Under the pieces are notes generated by a model. That model saw nothing but the letters and a program-made list of their open reading frames with translations. It made no database searches and was not told where the DNA came from. Below, in pieces: positions 37,113 through 49,228 of a DNA stretch of 64,000 nucleotides (its first letter is position 1; each line of letters starts with the position of its first letter). The translations under genes and the position numbers were made by a program. This stretch comes from Octopus sinensis (Eukaryota): assembly GCF_006345805.1 (NCBI RefSeq), contig NC_043008.1, positions 25,916,001-25,980,000 of the forward strand, given 5' to 3'.

Positions 37113-39775
37113 TATCAGTCAGGAGACTCCGCTAGCCAAATAGACTTCATCCTCACCAGACAGCGGGATGCAGGGTTGCTCTTGAATACAAAGACCCTCC
37201 CGGGTGAAGAATGTATCCCTCAGCATAGACTAATCATCAGTGACTTTAAGCTTGAGGCCAGAAGGACTCCAAGAAACAAACCAATCCAGAAAAGAAGGAT
37301 TTGGAGGCTAAAGAACCCTTCACATGGTCAGAAATTTAGGGACATACTCATCAAGAAATTTGATGAGAGGGAGGAGGAGCTTCAGACGTCAGACATAGAA
37401 GGTAGCTGGGAATTCCTACAGGACAGCTTGCTGAGTGCCACAGACCGAGTCTGTGGATGGTGCAAAGTCCCTTCCAGACCTAGAATTACGTGGTGGTGGA
37501 ATAGTGCAGTAGATAAAGCCATCTGTAAAAAGAGACGGGCCTGGAAAGCCTGGAAGGATGGGGGCAGCAGGGAACTGTACCAGATAGCCAAAAGGGAGGC
37601 TGGGTGGCAGGTATACATAGCCAAAGACGTAGCAGAAAAGAAGAAGTTTGCCAATGTCCAGTGACGCGAGGATCAAAGAGCTGAAGTATTTCGGATTGCC
37701 AGACAGTGTGTCAGAGAAAATAGTGATGTTATAGGAGAGAAATGTGTCCGCATGGATGATGGGGCATTTGCTTTTACTGCTAGTGAAAAGAAAGAGGCTT
37801 GGAGAAGCCATTATGAAAGACTGCTGAATGAGGAGAATGAATGGGAGGAGGAGAGCCTGCCAAATGTTGACCCAGTAGAGGGACCAGCTACCCGAATAGA
37901 CAGCTCCCTTGTAGATAAGGCAATTGAGGATATGAAACCAGGCAAAGCCCCTGGCCTATCAGGAATCACTGCTGAGATGCTTAAAACAGCTGGCTATGTG
38001 GGCTATACCATGGTCACCCGCATTGTAAACCAGGTAGTTCACAATGGAGTCATACCCAATGACTGGTGCAGCAGCACCATAGTCAACTGCTACAAGGGTA
38101 AGGGTGATGCTCTAGATAGAAATAACTACAGAGGTATCAAACTGTTGGACCAGGTGATGAAGGTCTCAGAGAAGGTCATAACCCATCTCATTAGGGAGAG
38201 AATTTGTTTAGATGAAATGCAGTCCGGTTTTGTACCAGGTAGAAGCACCACTGATGCTATATTCCTGGTCCGACAACTGCAGGAGAAGTACCTAGCTAAA
38301 GATAAACCCCTCTACATAGCTTTTGTAGACTTGGAGAAAGCCTTTGACAGGGTTCCCCGTTCCCTCATCTGGTGGTCGATGCGGAAACTGGAGATTGAAG
38401 AATGGCTAATAAGGGCTGTACAGGCTCTATACAGAGAGGCTGTCAGCAAGGTTAGGATTGGCAACGATATAGTGAAGAATTCCGGGTAGAAGTAGGTGTG
38501 CACCAGGGCTCAGCCCTCAGTCCCCTTTTATTCATCATAGTCCTTCAGGCAATAACAGAGGAATTCAAAACGGGATGCCCCTGGGAGCTCCTCTATGCCG
38601 ATGACCTAGCTCTCATAGCAGAATCACTACCGGAACTAGAAGAGAAATTTTGGGTGTGGAAGCAAGGGTTGGAATCAAAGGGCCTTAGAATAAATGTAGC
38701 AAAGACCAAAGTATTAGTAAGCAGCAAGAGGTACTCAGCACACACCCCCTCGGGTAGGTGGCCCTGCTCAATCTGTAGGAAAGGTACAGGTAGAAACTCC
38801 ATAAGATGCACCCAATGTAAGTTATGGACACATAAGAGGTGCAGCAACATTAAAGGGAAATTAACAGATAAGATAGCTTTCATGTGCGGCAGATGCACAG
38901 GGACAATAGACACAACAGACACTCAGAAAACAGATTCCATCACACTCCAGGGAGAGAAACTAGAAGTAGTTGATAGTTTCCGCTACCTGGGTGACCAAGT
39001 TAGTAGCGGAGGTGGATGCACAGAGAGTATCACCACTAGAATACGAATAGCCTGGGCAAAGTTCAGAAAGCTCCTACCCCTACTGGCAACAAAAGGTCTC
39101 TCCCTCAGAGCGAAAGGTAGATTGTATGATGCATGTGTGCGAACTGCCATGCTTCATGGTAATGAAACATGGGCAGTGACTGCAGAGGACATGTGTAGAC
39201 TTGAAAGAAATGAAGCTAGCATGATCCGCTGGATGTGTAGTGTCAGTGTGCACGCAAGACAGACTGTAAGCATCCTAAGAGAAATGCTGGATATAAGAAG
39301 CATCAGATGTGGTGTGCAAGAGCAACGCTTGCGATGGTATGGTCATGTGCTGCGGATGGATGAAGAGAGATGTGTGAAGAAGTGCCACTCCCAAACAGTT
39401 GAAGGTATCAGGGGGAGAGGTAGACCCAGGAAGACATGGGATGAGGTAGTCAAGCATGACCTCAGAGCATTGGGCCTCACTGAGGCAATGGCGAAAGACC
39501 GAGATCTCTGGAGATATGCTGTGACTGCAAAGACCCGGGCTGCTTTCTGCAGCAATTCCACATACCCCCTACCCATTCAAAGTACCCCGGATCCCCAAAG
39601 TACCCCGGATCCCCAAAGTACCCCGGACCCAGTTGCCCCCCGTGCCGCTGGCACGTTAAAAGCTCGAACCGATCGCGACCAATGCCGGACCCCCCGGCCC
39701 CTGTGCAGGTGGCACGTAAAAAGCACCCAATCCACTCACGGAGTGGTTGGCGTTAGGAAGGGCATCCAGCCGTAG
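37113..39775 (+). pseudogene. RTE APE-RT polyprotein with an inserted PHD-type finger (one in-frame TGA at 37662, one frameshift near 38470-38497)
   Basis: ORFs 36864-37664 and 37752-38489 share a frame across a single TGA; ORF 38498-39775 continues in another frame. Confidence 0.85.
39578..39630 (+). repeat. 18-bp tandem repeat x3 (caaagtaccccggatccc)
   Basis: Read directly; encodes QSTPDP x3. Confidence 0.95.
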
Positions 39776-39930
39776 AAACTCTGCCAAATCAGACTGGAGC
39801 CTGGAGCGGCCCCTGGCTTCCCAGACTCCGGTCGAACCGTCCAGCCCGTGCTAGCGCGGAAAACGGACGTTAAACGATGATGATGATAATGATGTATATA
39901 TATATATATACGTATTTATATATATATATA

Positions 39931-40087
39931 CAGGATGTTCAAGAAGTTGTGCACTAACCTGTTTTTTTAAAAGAATACATGCTTATTGATTTCAAAAACA
40001 CTTTATTGAAATTAATTATAATAAAATAAAATGCTTTAATTATTTTAAATGTAAACCAGAATGGTGCATGGCTTCTGGAACATCCTG
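39931..40087. mobile_element. Tc1/mariner-type MITE (~157 bp)
   Basis: TIRs 'caggatgttcaagaagttgtgcac' / 'gtgcatggcttctggaacatcctg', with TA on both flanks. Confidence 0.8.
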
Positions 40088-40379
40088 TATATGAACAGCT
40101 AGGTGCAATATCATACCACAAGGAAAAAATTCAATTGTCACTAAATGTGACAATGCACCTACATTGCTAGAAATAAGGAATACTCTTAATGCCCTAGGAA
40201 GCGTGCAGACGTACTCACATGCTGACAAGGGAAGCAACCACTTCATACTGACTTGAAAATCCCCAGACTAGATGTACCGCTTGAACATCACATATTCAGC
40301 TAATTCTGCCTGTCAGCATATGTATTTATCATAAAAATCTATGGATGATTTAGCGGAATGCTGCAAAATACACGTGCAA

Positions 40380-40530
40380 ATACATGCATGCATATATACA
40401 CATATATGATGAGTTTTATGTTTCCATTAACCAAATTCCACTTGTAACATAGTGGATCAGTTTGAGGCTGTAACAAGAGACTTGCCCAAGGGGCCATGCA
40501 GTGGCATAAAATCCAGAACCATGCTACTAC
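40380..40530 (-). mobile_element. SINE family B head (degraded)
   Basis: 'gacttgcccaaggggccatgcagtgg', reverse complement of the family B head. Confidence 0.55.
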
Positions 40531-41469
40531 TGCAGTTGATAATTTTTTCAATGATTTTACTATAGTGTTCTGTGATTGTTGTTAGATCATCCTGCTTCTT
40601 TATTATATGATATCCAGCAAACATAAACATGTTGTAATGCAAACAAAAAAAATATTTTTAACTCTTACCTTACTGTTATTTATTTTCTTTGTGATGTTAC
40701 CAAGTGTGTTGTTGTCACTCATAGATATTTCTCTGATTTTATATTATTATTATTACCAGAAATTTTGTATCTTCTCAATAATTCTTAGTAGATTTCACTT
40801 TTGTCTCTATGGCATACATGTAAGCAGACAGATGACACATATAATGTAATGAATATTTTCTTTCACAAAAAGTCTGGCTGCTGATGACACTTTTGTCATT
40901 TACAACTGACTTTTATGGCTCAAGTAACTCTTGCACAATGGTGTATATGTTCAATTATATGTTTAACATAGTAAGACAAAGTGAGACTATATGGTTTGAA
41001 TATTTCATTGCCTATGTACTCACACTCCATGCACCCCTCACACACACTCAATACACTCACCCACATACACACATACACCCCTCCACACACACACACACAC
41101 ACGTGCACATGATGCTTCAAATCAAAATTCTATTTCTTTGTACTATGCTTTTTCTATCTTATCAATTTTCCCCTTTACTGAAGTCAATGCACAAGTGAAA
41201 AAGATACACATCTAATTTATACGTACATACACGCAAATCACACACACAAACACACACACACACACACACACAACACACACACACACACACACCCACACAC
41301 ACTTAATGTGTTTGTACACGTGTATTTCATTCACTTATGCTAACAGAGATTTGGACAAGGAATTATTTAAGGTAAGATTCTTTGATTACATGCTTTTACT
41401 TTTGCCAACCCTTACCCACTTTCCATATAAAGGATTTTTTTCAGTACACCGGTCTTTGAAAGAGTAAAC

Positions 41470-41900
41470 CTATAAGATGCATTTAAGAAAAGACTTTCCA
41501 AGGATTTCCAAAGTGCATCTCTGTTAACTGTATCAAAAGCTTTCATTAAATCAACAAAATCTTGATATAAAGACACCTACTGTTCAATGCATTTCTCTTG
41601 TATCTGTCTCACAGAGAATATCATATCAATGAATCCTCAAGTTTCTCATAAGTGCTGCTGGTATCATATAACACAATACAGCTTGCTGCATGGTTGCATT
41701 ATTGGTGAATAAACGGACAATGGGACTAAGCCTAATTTGGTGAGTATGGGAATTTTTTGAACATTCTCCAGGATGCAAAACAAGAACCTTCGAAGAGCAG
41801 AAGGATTCAGGTAACTCAATGGCTATCCAAGTAAATCTACAAAAAGTGAGGGATCTTTAACTATTGTCACAGCATCTTTGCAGGAGAGGTATATTCTAAT
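41470..41900 (-). mobile_element. Old RTE-BovB-like RT fragment
   Basis: The minus strand at ~41500-41560 reads FVDLMKAFDTVNRDALWK. Confidence 0.65.
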
Positions 41901-42137
41901 GTAAAACAGCTTCATGCTAATATTGGTCATTAGTACCTGTTACCAGGTACTAATCTCAGAGATTCAGAAAGTGGTACTCATGTTGTAAAGTCTTTACTAA
42001 TATAATCTAGTGGTACACACACACACACATTCATATGTGTATTTACATATATATATTGAGAGAGAGAGAGAGAACAAAGTGTATGTACGCTACTATGTAT
42101 ATATCTATATATATCTATATATATAGATATATGTAAA

Positions 42138-42505
42138 ATACAAAATGGGACAAGAATGCAAAACATCCAGACAACTAGGTGATACAAAAAGGGATAACAA
42201 AACATCCAGATAGACGATACAAAAAAAACAAGGTCAGGTCATTCGAAGCTTTCTATCCTCAGTCAAGAACCAGATCATCCTTGCAATTTCGGCTGATTAA
42301 TCTTATGCTTTCTTCCAAGGAACCTAATGCTATTAGCTTAATTTTTGCTTGGGGCTGGTCAGATTGGAACAATCTCAAGATTAATCAGCTGAAATTGTGA
42401 GGATGACCTGGTTCTAGACTGAGGATAGAAAGCTTTGAATGATCCATCTTTGTTTTTGTATCACCTAGTTGTCCGGGTCCTTTGCGTTCTTGTCCCATTT
42501 TGTAT
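42138..42505. mobile_element. Long inverted-repeat element (Penelope-type inverted pLTR remnant likely)
   Basis: Arms ~42138-42304 and ~42377-42505 are diverged reverse complements; flanked by TA repeats. Confidence 0.65.
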
Positions 42506-42537
<32 letters not shown>

Positions 42538-42612
42538 CATACATGCATACACATGCATACATATGCACAAATACATTACAAAGGAAACTGATATAAATTG
42601 ATAGGTAGGTAA

Positions 42613-42669
<57 letters not shown>

Positions 42670-44539
42670 CAGACAGATTCACAGATATTGATGAGTCAGT
42701 AAGAAGATTGCAAATGATGAGATTATGTCTTGTAGTTCTAGATCAATATTTGGTAGCCAGAACTTTTATAAAGAAAAAAATCAAAAATCAATAGCTAAAG
42801 CAGAAATACCAAATTTTTATAAGTAGGCCATTAGAACAAACATTATCGCAAATCTAGAGAGAAAATTTGGGCTAAATATATTAAATTTTCAGAAGTAATA
42901 TTTAATTCTACATAATTAAAGAAAAGAAATTCTAAAAAAAAGAAAATGACCATTTATTTTATTGATTGTTAGTTTAAATTTTCCATTCTTGAAACACCTA
43001 TTGATGTAAATAATGTCAAATCAACAAATTGATTTGCAATGTAAGTAATTTAACAAACTTAGTTTGCAATAGTATAAAAAAAGGATTCAATACCTTTTTA
43101 AATTGCTTTTAGCTCTTATGCAGTGAAATTTAATCTGATTTTCCCTGACAGAAATTCTCCAATGGCATCAAGTGTGAAAGAAAATTACAATCACTTTATG
43201 AAAGTTAGTTTCTTCCCACCAAAAAAGTTATCTAATGAGAGTGTAAGTTATCTAATGAGAGTAGGAGCTAAATGAAATGAGTAGGAAATGGCCTATAAAA
43301 TAATACGATAACCTATTAAACAGAAGTTTTAGTTTATTTAGAGAAATGCTTTGGTGATGTGCATCACATTGCATTTTGTTTCCCAGTGACTATATTTTGT
43401 CTTAGAATTGTAGGGTAGGAAAATTTTTGTTGTTGTTATTGTTTAGCTCCATTTGAAACCTGACTGAGAAGATCTATGACCACAACTATTGCATCCTTCA
43501 GGACATTGTACATCTACATCTACAATATCCACTGCCTTCTTGTCTTTTCAAATATGTCAGATAAAATTTGTGGAATATTTGGTTGCTTTTTCTAGCAGGC
43601 TAAGTACAAGCTTTCTTGAAGATATAATTAAGGTCTTTTGATGTTTAGAAATAATTTTCAAAACAGGCTGAGCTCAAAATAGATTAACCACTAGAAATGA
43701 TAAGCTAGTGATTGCCTGTGATAAAAAACAGATGAAATGGACATCAGTATACCATGACATATAGTGCAGTAATGTAGCAAGAGTTTGTGCCATCTAGGGT
43801 AGTCCTTAATTTTGTTCCTAACATAAAAGATAACATAATATACATCAAACTAAAGCAAAAAAGAAAATGACATGTGTAGAAAAAGATATGAAACAAATTA
43901 GAAAACTATGTTTATTTCACAACCTACAAAGTTATTTTTCTCTCTTTTCTATATTTGATGACAACGTCTAATTTTATTTTGTCAGACATTGTTGTTCTAT
44001 TGATAGCATGGCAGGATCCCAAATACAAGGCATTCTGTGCAGCTTTCAAGGAATTATTTATCACTCTTAATATATAAAATCCCTCACACAACTGACAAAT
44101 TTAATGGCAATTGTGAGGAAAAAAAATCAATAGAGTATTACGCCATTTGTAACAGAGTTCTGAAAATTATGCTTGTTAATAAACAGAAAATTTTAAAAGA
44201 AGCCTTTCTTCTACATATGTTCTGTCTTACATAGCAGCGGCAACAATGCGGAACTCTTTCTTATCAGTGTCTCCATGATCACAATTTAGTTGATACCCAT
44301 ATAACAATATAATAACTAAAAGATATAACAAGCAAAGAAAAGCAAATTTCTCAACAAGTTCATGATAACAAAATTTCAATGTTATTTATTGGATCACTGT
44401 ATCGAGAGAAGGAAACGTTATTTTAAACTCAGTATGTTGTGCTGCATCACAAACCATTTTTTTTCTATCTCCATTGATAGTGATGTGCAATTTTTAGTTA
44501 CATTCATCACAAATAGGTTATTGCTTTATTACAGGCTTT

Positions 44540-44800
44540 TCTGTTATTCTTTTACTTGTTTCAGTCATTTGACTGTGGCCATCCTAGAGCACTGCCTTGA
44601 GGGGCTTTTAGTCTAACAAATTGACCCCAGAACTTATTTTTAAGTCCTAGTACTTACTCTGTCGGTCTCTTTTGCTGAACCTCTAAGTTATGGGAGCATA
44701 AACACACCAACACTGGTTGTCAAGCAGTGATGGGGGTATAAACACAGACACACACATCCACACCCATCCATCCATCCATAAATACACACACACACGCACA
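44540..44800 (-). mobile_element. SINE family B 3' part
   Basis: 'tttcagtcatttgactgtggccat...ggttgtcaagca'. Confidence 0.8.
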
Positions 44801-45081
44801 GACACACATATATATATAAAGAGAGGGGAAGAGAGAGGGGGAAGAGAGATGAGATACAGATATTCCCTGCATAGAATAGACTTTGTTGTGCTCAAGAGAC
44901 TTAAACTTGCGTGGGTAGAGGAGAAAGTGTAAGGCTAAGCAAGTTAGGCAAGTTGTTTTAAACAAAAAAAATATTAAATACATTTAATGCAAAAATATAC
45001 ACATATTTACATGTAAGAAGGTCCACTTTACACAGATATAATGATATCAGGAATTAAAGGGTTTGAAAAGATTTTTACGAG

Positions 45082-45174
45082 TCCAACAGCTGTCTCTGGG
45101 GGGTTGGTGGTCCAAAATAAGGATTGAAAATTGATTCTATCATTGGATAATATCAGCCCCTATCTTCAGGGAAG
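45082..45174 (-). ncRNA. Degenerate hammerhead motif with a long stem II loop
   Basis: Minus strand reads tcc-CTGAAGA-ta-gggg...cccc-ca-GAGA-c(agct)g-TT-gga. Stem III (CAGCTG) is palindromic; GAAA reads GAGA. Confidence 0.45.
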
Positions 45175-45199
45175 AAGTTTACATTTGAGGTGTTGACAG

Positions 45200-45650
45200 A
45201 ATGAAGATTAAAGATGCGGGTTTCTATAGCAGGCTGGTAGAGTTTATATCTGATGATGTCCTGGAAAAGACTATGGGTTTGACGGAAATCAGTTGATCAA
45301 CCTGTTCAGAAGAACTTTCAGGTAATTACCAGAAATCCCTGGCCTGGTTCAAGAAAAGCTATTGAAGCATGGTTTTGCCATCCCACTGACATGCCTGATG
45401 TGTGGGTGGGATGGTAAAAGTTTTCTGGATGCCTTCATGCAGTGTGCAGAAATCAAGGAACTGATAGCCTATATCAAACAGCTGTTGCCTACAATGGAAA
45501 GATTACAGCTATCACCTGAATCTATTATCAATATTGTGCCACCTTCCTCCTTTAACAGGGAGAGGAAGGCCTGTTTTCTCTGTGTAGTAGCCAGGCTAAA
45601 AGAGACAGTTTTGAGAACTTGTCAAAGAGGAATTGCAACAGGTACCGTCA
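45200..45650 (+). mobile_element. L1/Tx1-type LINE ORF2 C-terminal fragment
   Basis: NYQKSLAW, then KHG..TCLMCG..SFLDAFMQC (decayed CCHC knuckle) ..LSPESIINIVPP..VVARLKETV. Confidence 0.6.
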
Positions 45651-45654
45651 TCTC

Positions 45655-46372
45655 TGCTCAAGGGTTGGTTAAGGCTATGACGAAAGACCGCGACCTCCGG
45701 AGATATGCTGTGACTTCGAAGACCCAACAAATGAAGAGAGTTTATGGCTTGCAGGACAAGCTGCTGTGCTTGAGGAGAACTATTGTGTCAAGTACTTCAA
45801 CATCAAAATAAAAATTGAATGGATATTGTAGTTGTGATACCCGTGCCGGTGGCATGTAGGGCCTCACAGAGGAAATGACGAAGACCGAGACCTCTGAGAT
45901 ATGAAGTGAGTTCATGGTTTGTAGAACGGCCTCCTGTGCTAACCTTGGATTGTAGAGTGACCTGCTGTTCTTGAGGAGACCTATTGAGTCAAGTACGTCA
46001 ACACCAACATCAAAAATAAAAATCAAATGGAAATTGTAGTTAAGATACCCGTGCTGGTGACACGTAAAAAGCACTGTCCGAACATGGCAGATGCCAGCGC
46101 CACCTGACTGGCGTCCAAGTCAGTGACACATAAAAGCACCAACCAATCGTGGCCATTTGCCAGCCTCCTCTGGCCCCTGTGCCGGTGGCACGTAAAAAGT
46201 ACCCACTACGCTCATGGAGTGATTGGCATTAGGAAGGGCATCCAGCTGTAGAAACTGCCAGATCAGACTGGAGCCTGATGAAGCCTCCTGCTTCCCAGAC
46301 TCCGGTCAAACCGTCCAACCCATGCTAGCATGGAAAATGGACGTTAAACGATGATCATGATGATAATGATGA
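45655..46372 (+). mobile_element. RTE 3' end (two partial tandem copies)
   Basis: AMTKDRDLRRYAV occurs at ~45675 with a second copy at ~45875; 'ggcattaggaagggcatccagctgtagaaac'; (GAT)n tail. Confidence 0.85.
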
Positions 46373-46412
46373 CCACCTCAATAGTAAAATCCAGATGGAG
46401 AAGAGATACTTG

Positions 46413-46526
46413 TCACACAGTATGCTTGTAAAACAGTCGACGACTGTAAAACAGTCGACGACTGTAGAGTATGCTTGTAAAACAGTCGACGACTGTCACA
46501 CAGTATGCTTGTAAAACAGTCGACGA
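46413..46526. repeat. Short complex tandem repeat of palindromic acagtcgacgactgt units
   Basis: 'tgtaaaacagtcgacga' occurs 4 times and 'agtatgcttgtaaaacag' 3 times. Confidence 0.9.
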
Positions 46527-46744
46527 ATGAATGGAACTGCCTAAGTATGGTCATCTGAAAGAGAAAAAGGGAAATGTTGAACAATGGTGATAGATTAATC
46601 ACCCCAACAAATTGTAAAATTTGGAATTTTAAAACTTTTCACTTTTATATAATTGTGTAGTGTATGCAGGTTGAATTGAAGGCTATTGTTTGTTTATGAA
46701 TTCTGCCAAATGCGGGCTTTCTTTTCAGATACATGACACTGCTG

Positions 46745-48313
46745 TCCCCCCCATCTCAGGTTCTCACGGGCCCACACCCTCAGGGTTGGCACTCTGAACA
46801 TCGGCACACTGAAAGGTAGGTCTGGTGAGATTGTTGAGATGCTTGAATAGAGATGTGTCGATTTGTGCTGCCTCCAAGATGTAAGGTGGAGAGGAGGTTT
46901 CCCTAGGTTCCTCACAGGCAAAGAACGCAGGTACAAGATTTTCTTGGTAGAGAACACTGATGGGGTTGGGGGCGTGGGTATACTTCTTGTGGAGAAATGG
47001 GTGGATAAGGTAATCGAGATAGTCAGAGTATGCGACAGAATATTCAAGATTAGATTAGTGCTTTATTATGGGTTAGCAACCATTATCTCGGCCTATGCCC
47101 CTCAACCGGGGTTACCTGATGGATAGAAAGACCAATTCTACGACACCCTCTTGCAAACTACCTCGTTGACGAATGACAGGGACCTTCTCTTTGTGGCTGG
47201 CGACTTCAGTGGACATGTTAGACAACATACAGGGGGCTTCCATGGTGCGCATGGAGGCTATGGTTTTTGTTCCAACAACGAGGAGGGAACCAGGCTGCTG
47301 GAGTTCTGTGATGAAAATGATCTTATGGTTTGCAATACTAACTTCAGGAAACCTGCCAGTTACCTACCGTTCTGGCAGACACACTAGCCAAATTGACTAC
47401 ACCTTTGCCAGTAAAAGGGAAGATGGCTGCTTATAAATGCCAAACTCAGTCCCAGGTGTAGAATTTGCCCCACAACATAGACTGGTAATTAGCGACTTCA
47501 GGATCAGGGCTAAATGGATGTCCAGAAGATGACCAGCATGGAGAACAAGGGTCTGGCAGCTTAAAGATCTTGTGAATGTACAGAGATTTAGAGACGTATT
47601 ACTCGAAGCCTTTGACAAAATAGAAGGGGATATAGCTTCAAACAATGTGGAAGATAACTGGAGGTTTCTATAGGATAACCTGCTGAGGGCCACTGACGAG
47701 ATCTGTAGATGATGCAAAGTCCCCTCTCAACCAAAAATAACGTGGTGCTGGAACAATGCTGTTGACAGGGCTATTATAGTAAAGAAACAGGCTTGGAAGT
47801 GCTGGAAGAACGGTGGTAACAGGGAATTGCATTAGACTGCCAGAAGGGAAGCTAGGAGACAGGTTTATTTAACCAGAGGGGAAGCAGATCAGAAAAATAT
47901 TTGCCAATGTTCGGCACTGTGTGGACCAAGGGCTTGAGGTATTTTGTGTTTCAAGACAGTGTGTGAGAGAGAATTGTGATGTGGTAGGAGAGAAATGTGT
48001 TTGCATGGATGATGGTTCACTTGCACTAAACAAGGTTGCAAAGAGAGAGGTTTGGAGACGCCACTGTGAAAGGTTGCTCAATAAAGAGAATGAATGGAAG
48101 AAAGAGAGTCTGCTACATGTCGACCCAACAGAAGGACCAGCTATCCGAATTGACTGTACCTTGGTAGATAGATCAATTAAGGGTATGAAAACAGGGAAAG
48201 CCCCTGGCCCATCAGAAATCACTGCAGAGATGCTCAAAATATCTGGCGGTGTTGGCTGTAGTCTAGTCACCTGTATAGTTAACCAGGTGATACACGAAGG
48301 AGTCATACACAAT
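46745..48313 (+). mobile_element. RTE LINE 5' part (APE endonuclease to start of RT), decayed
   Basis: LRVGTLNIGTL, CCLQDVRWRG, GVGILL, IISAYAPQ, VAGDFSGHV, LMVCNTNF, QIDY, GKAPGPSEIT; homologous to 37112-38060. Confidence 0.9.
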
Positions 48314-49228
48314 GAAGTAAAAATTTAAATTTCTAGTTTCAAATTCCAGGCCGATACTGTGTGAAAAGGCTGATATTGTGTAAAAGATACTAGAACAATA
48401 AATAAATAAAAGTAATATTAACTTCTAACAGAAGTCAGTCTCAAAGGGGAAAATGTTGTGGCGAGAGTCATTGACACCCCTAGGGGATAAGAAGAATGGA
48501 CTAGCTGAACTCTTATAAATAGTAGTGGTTGGTAGTAGTCAGAGCATTTTGGTAGTCTTGCAAAGTACCAACCTGTAGCAGGATATAAAAATTCTAAATA
48601 CCAATTCCATTATTTTCTAGTATTTCAAACATCATAGTTCTAATGTTCTTGACAGTTTTACTTTTTGATTCAATCTGAACAAAAGATGCCACAATCTTAA
48701 CCTTATTTTCAAGAATCTTAATATAGCATAAAACGTATATTGCTTAATTCCTACAACAAATATCAGGAGTGCAGTTGAATAACTTTGCTTCTTATGTTTC
48801 TCCAAAAATTTCTGCAAAGTAGTTTTGAATAGTGAATAACATGTTAGCAGCAGCAAACATTATTCTCAAATTTACCTGGAGAAGATGTTCATGGATTGTA
48901 TTTTACCATCAAGCAAAGTAAAGCTAAAATATTTCTTCTGTTATTATTGCTTCACCTTCAATGTCAGTGACACCAAAACGCCAAGTTCTATTTAACTAAG
49001 AATCCAGTGCTATCAAATAATCTTAAAAGATTCCCCCCACTTTTTCAACAATCTCTTATTCTTATGTAACAATTGCTTCTCTGTGAGCAATCCCGATTTC
49101 CAATTCCTTTCATTGTGCGTGTAAGTCCAAACATGAGCTACACAGTATTGATGTTCAAATATTTGAGAATTCAGTTTCTATTACATCCTTAATCCATCCA
49201 CTGAATTACAATATATATAACATCTGTA

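Larger units (their letters stand above)
37112..39893 (+). mobile_element. Young RTE-clade LINE, 5'-truncated in the APE endonuclease
   Basis: APE end (SQIDFIL, QHRLIISD); RT motifs KAPG, YKGKGDALDRNNYRGIKLL, FVDLEKAFDRVPR, HQGSALSPLLF, YADD, FRYLG; C-terminal RGRGRPRKTW; (GAT)n tail. Flanked by (TA)n on both sides. Confidence 0.95.

Noticed and set aside
37662-37664. In-frame TGA as selenocysteine or programmed readthrough
   Set aside because: Most simply a CGA->TGA transition; the copy also has a frameshift, and no SECIS was identified.
46413-46526. CRISPR-like palindromic repeats
   Set aside because: No unique spacers, and the periods are irregular and short.
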